DNA from: Methanobacteriota archaeon
GTDB taxonomy: Archaea; Thermoplasmatota; Thermoplasmata; Thermoplasmatales; ARK-15
NCBI GenBank assembly: GCA_009758405.1
Contig: WSBC01000032.1
Coordinates: forward strand, 87,934 to 151,933
Length of the DNA stretch: 64,000 nucleotides
Reading direction: 5' to 3'
Shown here: positions 19,062 to 27,047 of the stretch, in pieces
How positions within the stretch are numbered: the stretch's first letter is position 1
Layout of the letters: every line of letters begins with the position of its first letter
Position numbers and translations under genes: made by a program
Notes under the pieces: generated by a model
The model's database searches: none
What the model was told of the DNA's origin: nothing
The model's input: the letters and a program-made list of their open reading frames with translations, nothing else

Positions 19062-19076
19062 TATCAAATTTTGATA
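19062..19076. promoter_or_regulatory. Perfect 15-bp palindrome TATCAAATTTTGATA upstream of the fdx-acr3-arsR operon (candidate ArsR operator)
   Basis: Seen directly. Lies 30-56 nt upstream of the two candidate starts, next to a TATA-like TTTTATATA (minus strand). The half-site TTTGATAT recurs at 19047-19054. Confidence 0.3.
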
Positions 19077-19215
19077 TTATGATTTCAGAATATAATTTTA
19101 AATTTTTAATATCTTATAAAAAAATTTAACATAGCTATTTAATATATATGTTCTTTAAATATTTTATTTTTTAAATTTAAAAAACTATTTAATTTATTTT
19201 TTTATACTTTTTCAT

Positions 19216-19653
19216 ATGAATAAAGTGAAACTTGATAAATTAAATTTAGATATTATTGAACTTCTTGAAAATGATTGTAGTTTAACCTATCGTGATATTG
19301 CAAAAATTTTAGATAAAAATCTATGGACAGTCAGAGAAAGGATAGACAATTTAAAAAGAAAAGGAGTTATAAAGGGTTGTAAGGCAAAAATCGATTATAC
19401 ATTAATAAATTTAAATTGCAAGGCCTATTTATTTTTTAATTTACCTCCAGATAGGATTGATGATTTTATAAATTTTGCAAAAACACAGAAAATGGTAAAA
19501 AAATTAACAATTATAAGCGGTGAAAAGAGATTTATAGCAGAGATAGTTGGGGAGACATGTTCATTTATAAGGGATTACATAAAAGATAATTTTGTAAAAT
19601 ATGGTATTTACAATACCTCTTTAGAGATAGTATTGGATGAACCCATAAATTAA
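19216..19653 (+). CDS. Lrp/AsnC-family transcriptional regulator
   Basis: 145 aa. N-terminal HTH (LDKLNLDIIELLENDCSLTYRDIAKILDKNLWTVRERIDNLKRKGVI) plus a C-terminal RAM-like domain. Confidence 0.8.
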   Translation: MNKVKLDKLNLDIIELLENDCSLTYRDIAKILDKNLWTVRERIDNLKRKGVIKGCKAKIDYTLINLNCKAYLFFNLPPDRIDDFINFAKTQKMVKKLTIISGEKRFIAEIVGETCSFIRDYIKDNFVKYGIYNTSLEIVLDEPIN

Positions 19654-19658
19654 ATATA

Positions 19659-19671
19659 TACAATTTTTGTA
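19659..19671. promoter_or_regulatory. 13-bp palindrome TACAATTTTTGTA (5-3-5, Lrp-box-like architecture)
   Basis: Seen directly, 6 nt after the Lrp stop and 70 nt upstream of the transporter ATG at 19741. Could equally be a terminator hairpin. Confidence 0.25.
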
Positions 19672-19740
19672 CATTCTTTTAATTTTTTTTGAAATATTTG
19701 TGAAGAATAAATAAATATCATAACCATATTTTACCTGGTT

Positions 19741-20796
19741 ATGGAACAAAGATCTAGACTAGTAATATTAAGAGAACACTTAGACAAGATGTTAGCAGTA
19801 TACGTTGTAATTTCAATAGTAATAGGCTATATACTAGGAATTAACTATTCAAAATGGGTAATGGCAAATAGTGGCTTGATTAACGAATTGATGATGGCAT
19901 CAATATTCATTATGATTTTTCCAATGATGTTAATGTTAAATTTAAGTGGACTCGTTAAGGCCTTTAAATCTTGGAAGATGCTCGTGATAGTATTATTAAT
20001 GAACTTTGGATGGGGCCCCTTAATGGCTGTATTACTTGGTAATCTTTTCCTCTCAGATCCACTTTTAAGGCTTGGTGTTTTCCTCGCCTGGCTAGTTCCC
20101 TGTTCATCGATGAGTATTGGATATGTCGGATTAATGCGTGGTAATATTGAAGCGGCAACTGCCTTGGTAGCAATAACTTTCATTGTTGGTATACCAATTA
20201 TTCCACTTTTTGCAGGATGGTATGGGTCTGTTTATCATTTAAGTGTTTCAATGAGCCTTTTAATAATTACAATTGTAGAAATTATAATAATACCTTTGAT
20301 CATAGGAGTAGCATTGCATCAATATATGATTAAAAAAATGGGAGTAGAAAAATTTAAGAGAATATCACCATTGTTTCCAAGCATCACTACAATAGGAATG
20401 TTCCTGATTGTATTTTTAATATTTCTAGGCCATGCAGTTCTTGTATCAACACATTTTACACAGGTAATAGGGATATTTTATACAGCAATGATATACGGTA
20501 CAATCTCCCTGATATTTATGACATTTCTATTAAAATATCTTAAATTTGATTACTGGGATTCAATGGCTATGATATTTCCGAGCATTGGAAAAAATGAGGC
20601 CACAGCTATTGCCATTGCATCAACTGCATTTTCACCATTTGTAGCAATTCCGCCAGCTATATTCCCCATATTTCAGATTATATTTCTGGTTACTTATATA
20701 AAATTAAGACCCAGGATAGCACACTTTTATGGTATAAAGACTAGGGATGTTGAATTTAAAGAAATACACATACAAAATATAACAGGAGGGAAATAA
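19741..20796 (+). CDS. Second ACR3/BASS-superfamily permease (paralog of acr3)
   Basis: 351 aa, about 10 TM. LAWLVPCSSMSIGY occupies the position of the ACR3 Cys motif. Bile-acid:Na+ symporter/ACR3 fold inferred. Confidence 0.55.
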   Translation: MEQRSRLVILREHLDKMLAVYVVISIVIGYILGINYSKWVMANSGLINELMMASIFIMIFPMMLMLNLSGLVKAFKSWKMLVIVLLMNFGWGPLMAVLLGNLFLSDPLLRLGVFLAWLVPCSSMSIGYVGLMRGNIEAATALVAITFIVGIPIIPLFAGWYGSVYHLSVSMSLLIITIVEIIIIPLIIGVALHQYMIKKMGVEKFKRISPLFPSITTIGMFLIVFLIFLGHAVLVSTHFTQVIGIFYTAMIYGTISLIFMTFLLKYLKFDYWDSMAMIFPSIGKNEATAIAIASTAFSPFVAIPPAIFPIFQIIFLVTYIKLRPRIAHFYGIKTRDVEFKEIHIQNITGGK

Positions 20797-20797
20797 A

Positions 20798-21241
20798 ATG
20801 AAGAACGTATTGTTTCCAATAGATTTTTCTTGCAATACAGAAAGTGTCATTAAAAAATCTATTGAGATAATTCCAGAATTGGAAAATATTTATTTCCTTT
20901 ATGTCGTTCCATTATCAGTTAAGGAGCTAGAGGATTTTGTAACTGAGGATTATATAAAATCCTCCAAGGAAATAGCAGAAAACAAAATGAAATCATTCAT
21001 AAGAAATTTGAATTTACCAAATAAATTCAAAATAGATTATGCAATTACAGATGGTGATCCAGCAAGGGTTATAATAGATCTTGCAAATAGTGGTAAATTT
21101 GATGCCATAGTTCTTGGACATAGGGGATATTCATATATTGAGGATTTCTTCATTGGTAGTGTTACACTAAAGGTAATTTCTAAGGTAAATATACCAGTTG
21201 TGGTAATTAAAAAAACAAAAAAGAAGGGAGAATGTGAATAA
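20798..21241 (+). CDS. Universal stress protein (UspA family)
   Basis: 147 aa. C-terminal AIVLGHRGYSYIEDFFIGSVTLKVISKVNIPVVVI is the Usp ATP-binding motif region. Confidence 0.8.
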   Translation: MKNVLFPIDFSCNTESVIKKSIEIIPELENIYFLYVVPLSVKELEDFVTEDYIKSSKEIAENKMKSFIRNLNLPNKFKIDYAITDGDPARVIIDLANSGKFDAIVLGHRGYSYIEDFFIGSVTLKVISKVNIPVVVIKKTKKKGECE

Positions 21242-21360
21242 AAATATTTGAAAGCTTTAAATTAATAGCATTTAAGAAAGCAAAATATCATTTCTTTGAG
21301 TGAATATATAGTCATTTATAGATAAATCTTTATAATTACTAAAAACTATAATCAAACCTT

Positions 21361-21429
21361 GATTAAGAGGGCTGTGGATTAGGGACCTAAAGCAAGTGAA
21401 GAGTGAATCCTCGTAAGCCTCTTTTTTTT
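21361..21429 (+). ncRNA. Candidate small structured RNA (GC-rich island ending in T8)
   Basis: 28/60 G+C over 21361-21420 inside a visibly far more AT-rich convergent intergenic region. Nested complementarity AAGAGG(21365-70)/CCTCTT(21418-23) and GGATT(21376-80)/AATCC(21406-10). T8 run at 21422-21429. No family recognised. Confidence 0.2.
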
Positions 21430-21584
21430 AGCTCATTATAGAAAGAATTACTTCCTGTAGAAACTCCTCCAATAGAAAAGGATCCTTTTCATTCTGAAAA
21501 CCCTTTTATTATTTTTTAAAAATAAGGTTTTAAAAAATAATTAACAAATTTTTATGAAAAGAATTATAGAATTACCTTTGTTGA

Positions 21585-22295
21585 TTATTGATTTAATAAT
21601 TTTAATACCTCCAATGCATTAACAAAGGCTCTATTTCCTGTTATAAATCTAACAATATTTATTGCATCTTCAACCTCTTCGATGCTTCCATTATTTTTTA
21701 TGAATTGATTGAGGTAAACATTTTCACATTCCCTGTCATGAATTGAAACACTTACTGAATAGGCGATCAAGAATACATATTTTTTATCCAATTTTCTTGG
21801 TGTAAGAAGTTCTTTCTTTTCTCTTAAATGCTCTTTTAACATTTCTTTTGAAAATTTAGAAAGTGATATTATTCTTTCAGGAATAACCCCAGATTCCTTT
21901 TTGATCATCTCTAAAATTCTTTGAATTTCTTCATCTAATTCATAATGTTCATTGTCTACTAAATTAAGAATAGCTGTAATTGTTGAAGACATAAGGGCCA
22001 TTTTTGCAGCTTTTAAGGCGTCTAATATTTCTATATTATCCGCCCCAAATTTTTTTGCAAGTTTAAAATGTATCATAACCGATTCTTTAGGACCGTTTGC
22101 TGCAGCTATAGCCATCGCTATTAAAGAAGCCACCTTTTTTGGTAAATTTTTTCCTCCTAAATATAGATTTATGTTTTCATTGAACTGTTCAATAGCTGTA
22201 TTTTCATCTAATTTGTTCAGTAATTTAATTACCTCAGGAAGTTCACCTAATGTAGACTCAGCAAATTTTTTTATTTCATCAAATTTTGTTGTCAT
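21585..22295 (-). CDS. Tandem carboxymuconolactone decarboxylase (AhpD-like) family protein
   Basis: 236 aa, all-helical, two CMD-like halves. No CxxC is visible in either half. Confidence 0.45.
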   Translation of the reverse strand: MTTKFDEIKKFAESTLGELPEVIKLLNKLDENTAIEQFNENINLYLGGKNLPKKVASLIAMAIAAANGPKESVMIHFKLAKKFGADNIEILDALKAAKMALMSSTITAILNLVDNEHYELDEEIQRILEMIKKESGVIPERIISLSKFSKEMLKEHLREKKELLTPRKLDKKYVFLIAYSVSVSIHDRECENVYLNQFIKNNGSIEEVEDAINIVRFITGNRAFVNALEVLKLLNQ

Positions 22296-22369
22296 AAAAT
22301 TTTCTAAATATAATTTAATATTTTATTATTTTTAACAATTTTTTGTAGAATTATAAAAAAAATATACAA

Positions 22370-22765
22370 TTATTGCTCTATTTTAAATGAATATCTTAGA
22401 TCTACACCTGCTTTTTTTAACATTACAGCAGAAGGTGAGTATTTTTCAAATGTTAATTCAATTGCCCTTTTTAAATTATCTTGATTAACATTACCTTTAA
22501 CTTTGTAAATCAATTCTATTGTTTTAAAAGTTCTAGGTGGATCAGGATATTGCTCCCCTTTTACATGAACTTCTAATTTTTCAAAATTTACCTGCATTCT
22601 TTTTAAAATTGTTGAAATGCTAATTATTGTGCATGCCGAAAGCGCAGAAATCAATGTATCCATTGGTGCTATTCCATCAATTCTCTCTGCATCAATTACA
22701 AAGGTTCTATTGTTAATTTCAATTTTTACTTTCATTTTGTCAATATAAATTGCATCACATTCCAT
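22370..22765 (-). CDS. OsmC/Ohr-family peroxiredoxin-like protein
   Basis: 131 aa. LISALSACTIISISTILKRM (first conserved Cys region) and a C-terminal beta-rich part typical of OsmC. Confidence 0.7.
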   Translation of the reverse strand: MECDAIYIDKMKVKIEINNRTFVIDAERIDGIAPMDTLISALSACTIISISTILKRMQVNFEKLEVHVKGEQYPDPPRTFKTIELIYKVKGNVNQDNLKRAIELTFEKYSPSAVMLKKAGVDLRYSFKIEQ

Positions 22766-23065
22766 ATAAGTTCATTAATTTTTGACATAAAAATTTTTGT
22801 GATAAAGGATATAAAAGAAATTTCATAGGTATTTTATCATCTTACACTTTATTTAAAATTTATAGAAAAATTTATTAATATATATCGTTTTTTTAATAAA
22901 TAATGTTTAGAACTAGACTGAGCATAGAAATACCATGTAAGTGTATGAATTTCACTATATCGAATATGGGCAAAATGCGGCCTTTGAATAAGTCCCAATC
23001 GTTTATGGACTTGAAAATAAAAGATTTCTATGTTGGGTCTAATATGGCAAAAAAGGTGATTTAAT

Positions 23066-23614
23066 ATGAAGGTGGTAATAGGTGTAACGGGGGCTTCTGG
23101 AACTATATATGCAATAAGGCTCATTGAAAGGCTTGAAGGTGAATTGAATCTTATTGTATCTGAAAATGGAAAAAAGATTATGAAATTTGAAAATAATTTG
23201 GATCCAAGTGTATTTTCTAATAGATTGAAAATATATGAGGATTATGATCTTTTTGCTCCCATTGCCTCAGGCAGTTATGTGTTTGACGCAATGATTATAG
23301 TCCCTGCATCAATGAATACCGTTGCAAAAATAGCCTCAGGAATATCCGATACCCTAATAACCAGAGTAGCATTTGTGGCCTTAAAGGAAAGAAGAAAACT
23401 TATTTTAGTTCCTAGGGAGACTCCACTTTCCTCCATTGCCCTTGAAAATATGAAAAAACTATCAGATCTCGGCGCAATAATCCTTCCAGCATGCCCTGGT
23501 TTCTATCTAAAGCCAAAGACGATTGAGGATCTTGTAGATTTCATAGTTAACCGTATTTTGGATGAATTGGGTATAAGGGGTGATTACCCTAGATGGGGAA
23601 AAAATACATCCTAG
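23066..23614 (+). CDS. ubiX: Flavin prenyltransferase UbiX/Pad1
   Basis: 182 aa. MKVVIGVTGASGTIYAIRLIE and the PASMNT motif. Confidence 0.85.
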   Translation: MKVVIGVTGASGTIYAIRLIERLEGELNLIVSENGKKIMKFENNLDPSVFSNRLKIYEDYDLFAPIASGSYVFDAMIIVPASMNTVAKIASGISDTLITRVAFVALKERRKLILVPRETPLSSIALENMKKLSDLGAIILPACPGFYLKPKTIEDLVDFIVNRILDELGIRGDYPRWGKNTS

Positions 23615-24060
23615 ATACTTCAGCAATAATATCCGGAAAGGATCTACCATCAGATATAGAAACAATAATTCCAGAGAGCGTGCTTAACGAGATTTTAGAC
23701 TATGAAAAATATCAAATATTGATCGGCAGGTCCATAGTTTTAAAACCTTCTGAAAATTTTATAAAGATGGCTAAGAAAGCAGCTTCTGAAACAGGTGATA
23801 TTTATAAACTTTCAAATGTTGATATTGATGTAATAGCCCTTACCCTTGAATATGGCGGTATAGCTATCACTGACGATTATGCAATACAGAATGTTTTAAG
23901 TTATTTATCTGCTGATTTTGTTGGACTAAACGAAAAGGGAATAAAGGAGAGATATACATGGATTTATAGGTGCAAGGGGTGTAGAAGATATTTTAAGGAA
24001 TATCACAAAAGTTGTCCCTATTGTGGCTCAGAACTTAAACTTGTGAGAAAGAAAATTTAA
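23593..24060 (+). CDS. Archaeal Nob1-like endonuclease (PIN domain + Zn ribbon)
   Basis: 155 aa. YILDTSAII PIN N-terminus, ITDDYAIQNV, and C-terminal CKGC...CPYCG zinc ribbon. Confidence 0.7.
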   Translation: MGKKYILDTSAIISGKDLPSDIETIIPESVLNEILDYEKYQILIGRSIVLKPSENFIKMAKKAASETGDIYKLSNVDIDVIALTLEYGGIAITDDYAIQNVLSYLSADFVGLNEKGIKERYTWIYRCKGCRRYFKEYHKSCPYCGSELKLVRKKI

Positions 24061-24086
24061 ATCAAAGGAAATGATTACAAAAATAA

Positions 24087-24158
24087 GGGTAGGTGGCAGA
24101 GTGGCGATGCGCGAGACTGCAGATCTCGTTTATTGGGGTTCGATTCCCCACCTACCCT
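24087..24158 (+). tRNA. tRNA-Cys (anticodon GCA)
   Basis: 72-nt cloverleaf folded by hand. Acceptor GGGTAGG/CCTACCC, anticodon stem CGAGA/TCTCG with loop CTGCAGA, T arm TGGGG-TTCGATT-CCCCA. Discriminator U73, the Cys identity element. Confidence 0.9.
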
Positions 24159-24879
24159 CTGAAATTCTTCTCAGACTCTCATAAAGGAAATTTCTTGTTC
24201 CTATTTCCTGGTAAATAATGTCTAATTTCTTTTTATATATTTCTAACCTCGTGAAAGAGAAATTGTAAGAAACGTCCATAAGAATGAGACCTGCCGGTGG
24301 TACATTGTATTTTCCCCCCTCCACAAATGGATCTCCCTTCCCATAGAGTAGGTATCCAACAACTCTTCTCACCATATTCCAAAGAAAGCTTTCACCCTTT
24401 ATATCAAATACAAGGAAATCATTTTGAATCTTTACTTCTATTGAGTTAATCCTTCTCAATGTATTTCTGCCATCTCTTCTTGAAAATAATGAAAAATCGT
24501 GCTCACCTATGAAAATATTCGCCTTTTCTCTTATTTTTTCTATTTCCTGATATTCGTATGGAGTCATATATCTGTACCACCTTTCATTTGCATGTCTAGG
24601 ATTAAAAGAATCATCAACTTCTGCATATGCATAAAAATATAAATTTCTTGCATTTTTTAATATTCCTATAATGTCTTTTAAATTTCTTTCACTTTTTATT
24701 CCTATAACATTTCCAAGTGCGCTCACACTCCTATCTGTTCTGCTGGAGCTTTTAAGTAAAGCCTTTAATCCAAATCTCTCCATAGTATTAATTATCTCTC
24801 CTTCAACAGTGATTTTTCCTTCTTGTCTTGAATATCCTTGAAAAAGTGATCCATCATATGCAAATTTTAACAAGTGCAT
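24130..24879 (-). CDS. truA: tRNA pseudouridine(38-40) synthase TruA
   Basis: 249 aa. MHLLKFAYDGSLFQGYSRQ and SSRTDRSVSALGNV (catalytic Asp loop). The last 9 codons plus the stop lie antisense to tRNA-Cys. Confidence 0.8.
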   Translation of the reverse strand: MHLLKFAYDGSLFQGYSRQEGKITVEGEIINTMERFGLKALLKSSSRTDRSVSALGNVIGIKSERNLKDIIGILKNARNLYFYAYAEVDDSFNPRHANERWYRYMTPYEYQEIEKIREKANIFIGEHDFSLFSRRDGRNTLRRINSIEVKIQNDFLVFDIKGESFLWNMVRRVVGYLLYGKGDPFVEGGKYNVPPAGLILMDVSYNFSFTRLEIYKKKLDIIYQEIGTRNFLYESLRRISEGRWGIEPQ

Positions 24880-24915
24880 AGTTTAAAATTTATGAGAGGT
24901 TATTTATACTTTTTT

Positions 24916-24930
24916 AATAGTCAGCCTAGT
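24916..24930. repeat. Target-site duplication, left copy (AATAGTCAGCCTAGT)
   Basis: Identical 15-mer directly abuts both IS termini. Confidence 0.8.
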
Positions 24931-25924
24931 TGTGATATCCTGAAATTATTTCCTTTTTATACTCCTTATTTTTCATTCTAAAACCTCCCCTTCTTTTAAT
25001 TTTTTCATTTCATATGCCATCGCTGGTGTTATTATTCTATCTTCATATAAGCTCATGTGCATCCTTTTGTAATTGTAATAATTTACCACTTCTTCCCATG
25101 TACCAAAGTATTTCTTTAAATATTTTAATGTAAAAATCAACCTCTCCAATTTACCGTTAGATTGCGGATGCTTTACTCTTGCCTTTATGTGTACTATTCC
25201 ATTCTCTTCTAGATATTTCTGAAATTCATTTGGTTCTGATTCTTTTTCATCTCTTGGCAATGATGTAAACTGTGTTCCGTGATCTGTCATTACTTCCCTG
25301 GGCTTACCATACTTTTCTATACCTTTTCTTAACGCATCTAGCGAGTTCTCTGCTGTAGCATGTTCATATTCTCCAAATTGTATTACAAACCTTGATGCAT
25401 CATCTTCTATAACTATGTAATTCTTCCCTTCATATTCAAACCAGTCCATGTGCCATAGACTGTTGCTGTGCTCCCTTTCCCATCTTACCCATTTCCTCTG
25501 TTTCTTCTTATTCATATTCTCCATTACCATCCCTCCTTCTTTCAATATTTCGTGTATTTTATTATGTGAAATCTTTACACCTATTTCCTTAAGATTCTTC
25601 TCTATTGAAAGTGCTCCAATTCCAGGATGCTCTTTTCTTGTTTCATAGACCATAGTTTTCATTTCCTCAGATATTGGATCCTTTTTCCTTCCTGGATTCT
25701 TCAATTCCACATTTCCTTCTAACCTGTATTTTCTGTAAATCATATTCACGTATCTGGGTGTTATGTTCATGATCCTTGAAATTTCTGAGGAACTTACTCT
25801 ATTCTCTTTTTGTTTAATTATCCAGTTGATCTTCTTTTGCGTGAGTTTGGCCATTAAATTATGGAAATTATCAGGATGTAAATGATATCCTCCTATATAT
25901 AGGAAATTATTTCGGGATATGACA
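24931..25924 (-). mobile_element. Intact insertion sequence, DDE/rve transposase (IS481-like)
   Basis: 994 bp. Terminal inverted repeats TGTGATATCCTGAAATTATTTCCT (24931-24954) and the reverse complement of 25901-25924 match at 21/24. Flanked by perfect 15-bp direct repeats. Contains a single transposase ORF. Confidence 0.85.
24973..25854 (-). CDS. DDE transposase (integrase core/rve with N-terminal HTH)
   Basis: 293 aa. HTH region (SSSEISRIMNITPRYVNMIYRKY), WHMDW, VMTDHGTQFTS and HPQSNGKLERL form a DDE triad context typical of IS481/IS3-type enzymes. Confidence 0.85.
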   Translation of the reverse strand: MAKLTQKKINWIIKQKENRVSSSEISRIMNITPRYVNMIYRKYRLEGNVELKNPGRKKDPISEEMKTMVYETRKEHPGIGALSIEKNLKEIGVKISHNKIHEILKEGGMVMENMNKKKQRKWVRWEREHSNSLWHMDWFEYEGKNYIVIEDDASRFVIQFGEYEHATAENSLDALRKGIEKYGKPREVMTDHGTQFTSLPRDEKESEPNEFQKYLEENGIVHIKARVKHPQSNGKLERLIFTLKYLKKYFGTWEEVVNYYNYKRMHMSLYEDRIITPAMAYEMKKLKEGEVLE

Positions 25925-25939
25925 AATAGTCAGCCTAGT
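25925..25939. repeat. Target-site duplication, right copy (AATAGTCAGCCTAGT)
   Basis: Identical to 24916-24930. Confidence 0.8.
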
Positions 25940-26385
25940 AGAAATCCTTTTTAAAAAGAATGATTTATTATTTTTTATTTATTTTGTGAGTGTTGGATAA
26001 CAAAAATTTCATAATTAAATTCTTTCTGGAATTGATTCTATTAATCGAGCTAATCAAATACCGAGATTTATTTTAATTAATGTACCTTTTTTATTAATTT
26101 CATCTATAATCCCTTAATTTTGATAGAAATCCTTATATTTATGTCTTAAATAATATTGTTGTAATGCTTGCACTTAAATCCATTAACTAGCCCAATGTAG
26201 GGATAAAAGGATCATCAAGTGAAACAATGATCCAGTCAAAAGATGGGGAGCAGATGATAATAAGAGGATCCCAAGATAGGATTTCTACAAAGCCTAATAG
26301 TCTATATTTATTAATTCAATTGTTTTATTAATTAAATATACATTTTCCATAAGGTTTATTATCATCTTTTATTTTATTTTAAATA

Positions 26386-26658
26386 TTGGCTAAGAGCATT
26401 AAATTAAAAATGCCTTACGATAAATTGTATTTTAATAAAGCTAGAGAATTTAATGAAAACATACATTTAATTTATAATTTCATAATAAATAAAAATAATA
26501 ATGGAGAACCAAGAATAATAAAAATTGAATTTTATGGAAAATATAATTATTTCTTTCCTCTTCAAGTTAGCCAATTTTTATGTTTTAAAGAAATTTCAAA
26601 TAAAGCTATTAAATATAATTACAATAATATAAAATCATTTGGGCGAGGTAGACCTTAA
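26386..26658 (+). CDS. Hypothetical N/K/I/Y-rich small protein (doubtful)
   Basis: 90 aa with TTG start (ATG alternative at 26410). Composition mirrors AT-rich DNA. The only support is the TAATG stop/start junction with the next gene. Confidence 0.25.
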   Translation: MAKSIKLKMPYDKLYFNKAREFNENIHLIYNFIINKNNNGEPRIIKIEFYGKYNYFFPLQVSQFLCFKEISNKAIKYNYNNIKSFGRGRP

Positions 26659-27047
26659 TGAACTATAAGGTACCTGATGAAAGGTTGATAGTATTCATCA
26701 TAAAGAAAGTAATAAAGGAAAAAGGGATAATAAATTCCCAAAGGGAATTTCTTTCCCTTGTATTAAGGGAACTGAAACAATCGGGAATTGATTACAGGCT
26801 AAATGGTACCAGGCTGAGAAAGATAGCAATCAACAAGGCAGGTGTAAAGGTAGAGATTGAGTACAGGGAGACTGATGCAAATTCAAAAGATTTAAAAATA
26901 TGTCCGGTATGTGGTAATAAATTATTGGAGATTCATAATCTCACCCTGGAAGGTAATAAGGTACCTGTGGGAAAAAGATGCACAAGGTGCCCTTACTGGA
27001 CAGGGCTAACAAAAAGAGTCCCAAGAAGATATATATTCATGAGGTGA
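26658..27047 (+). CDS. Hypothetical protein with C-terminal Zn-ribbon
   Basis: 129 aa. CPVCG...CTRCPYW four-Cys ribbon and a basic N-terminal domain. No family recognised. Confidence 0.5.
   Translation: MNYKVPDERLIVFIIKKVIKEKGIINSQREFLSLVLRELKQSGIDYRLNGTRLRKIAINKAGVKVEIEYRETDANSKDLKICPVCGNKLLEIHNLTLEGNKVPVGKRCTRCPYWTGLTKRVPRRYIFMR

Noticed and set aside
22849-23124. 91-aa minus-strand ORF across the ubiX start
   Set aside because: It overlaps the well-supported ubiX N-terminus in antisense and has a composition-driven sequence with no motif.
26190-26290. Tested the GC-richer core of the IS-adjacent gap as an H/ACA or C/D sRNA
   Set aside because: No RUGAUGA/CUGA pair is present. The GGGAT/ATCCC plus inner hairpin would give a 34-nt/4-nt asymmetric pocket, incompatible with H/ACA guides. 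It is kept only as an unclassified structure.
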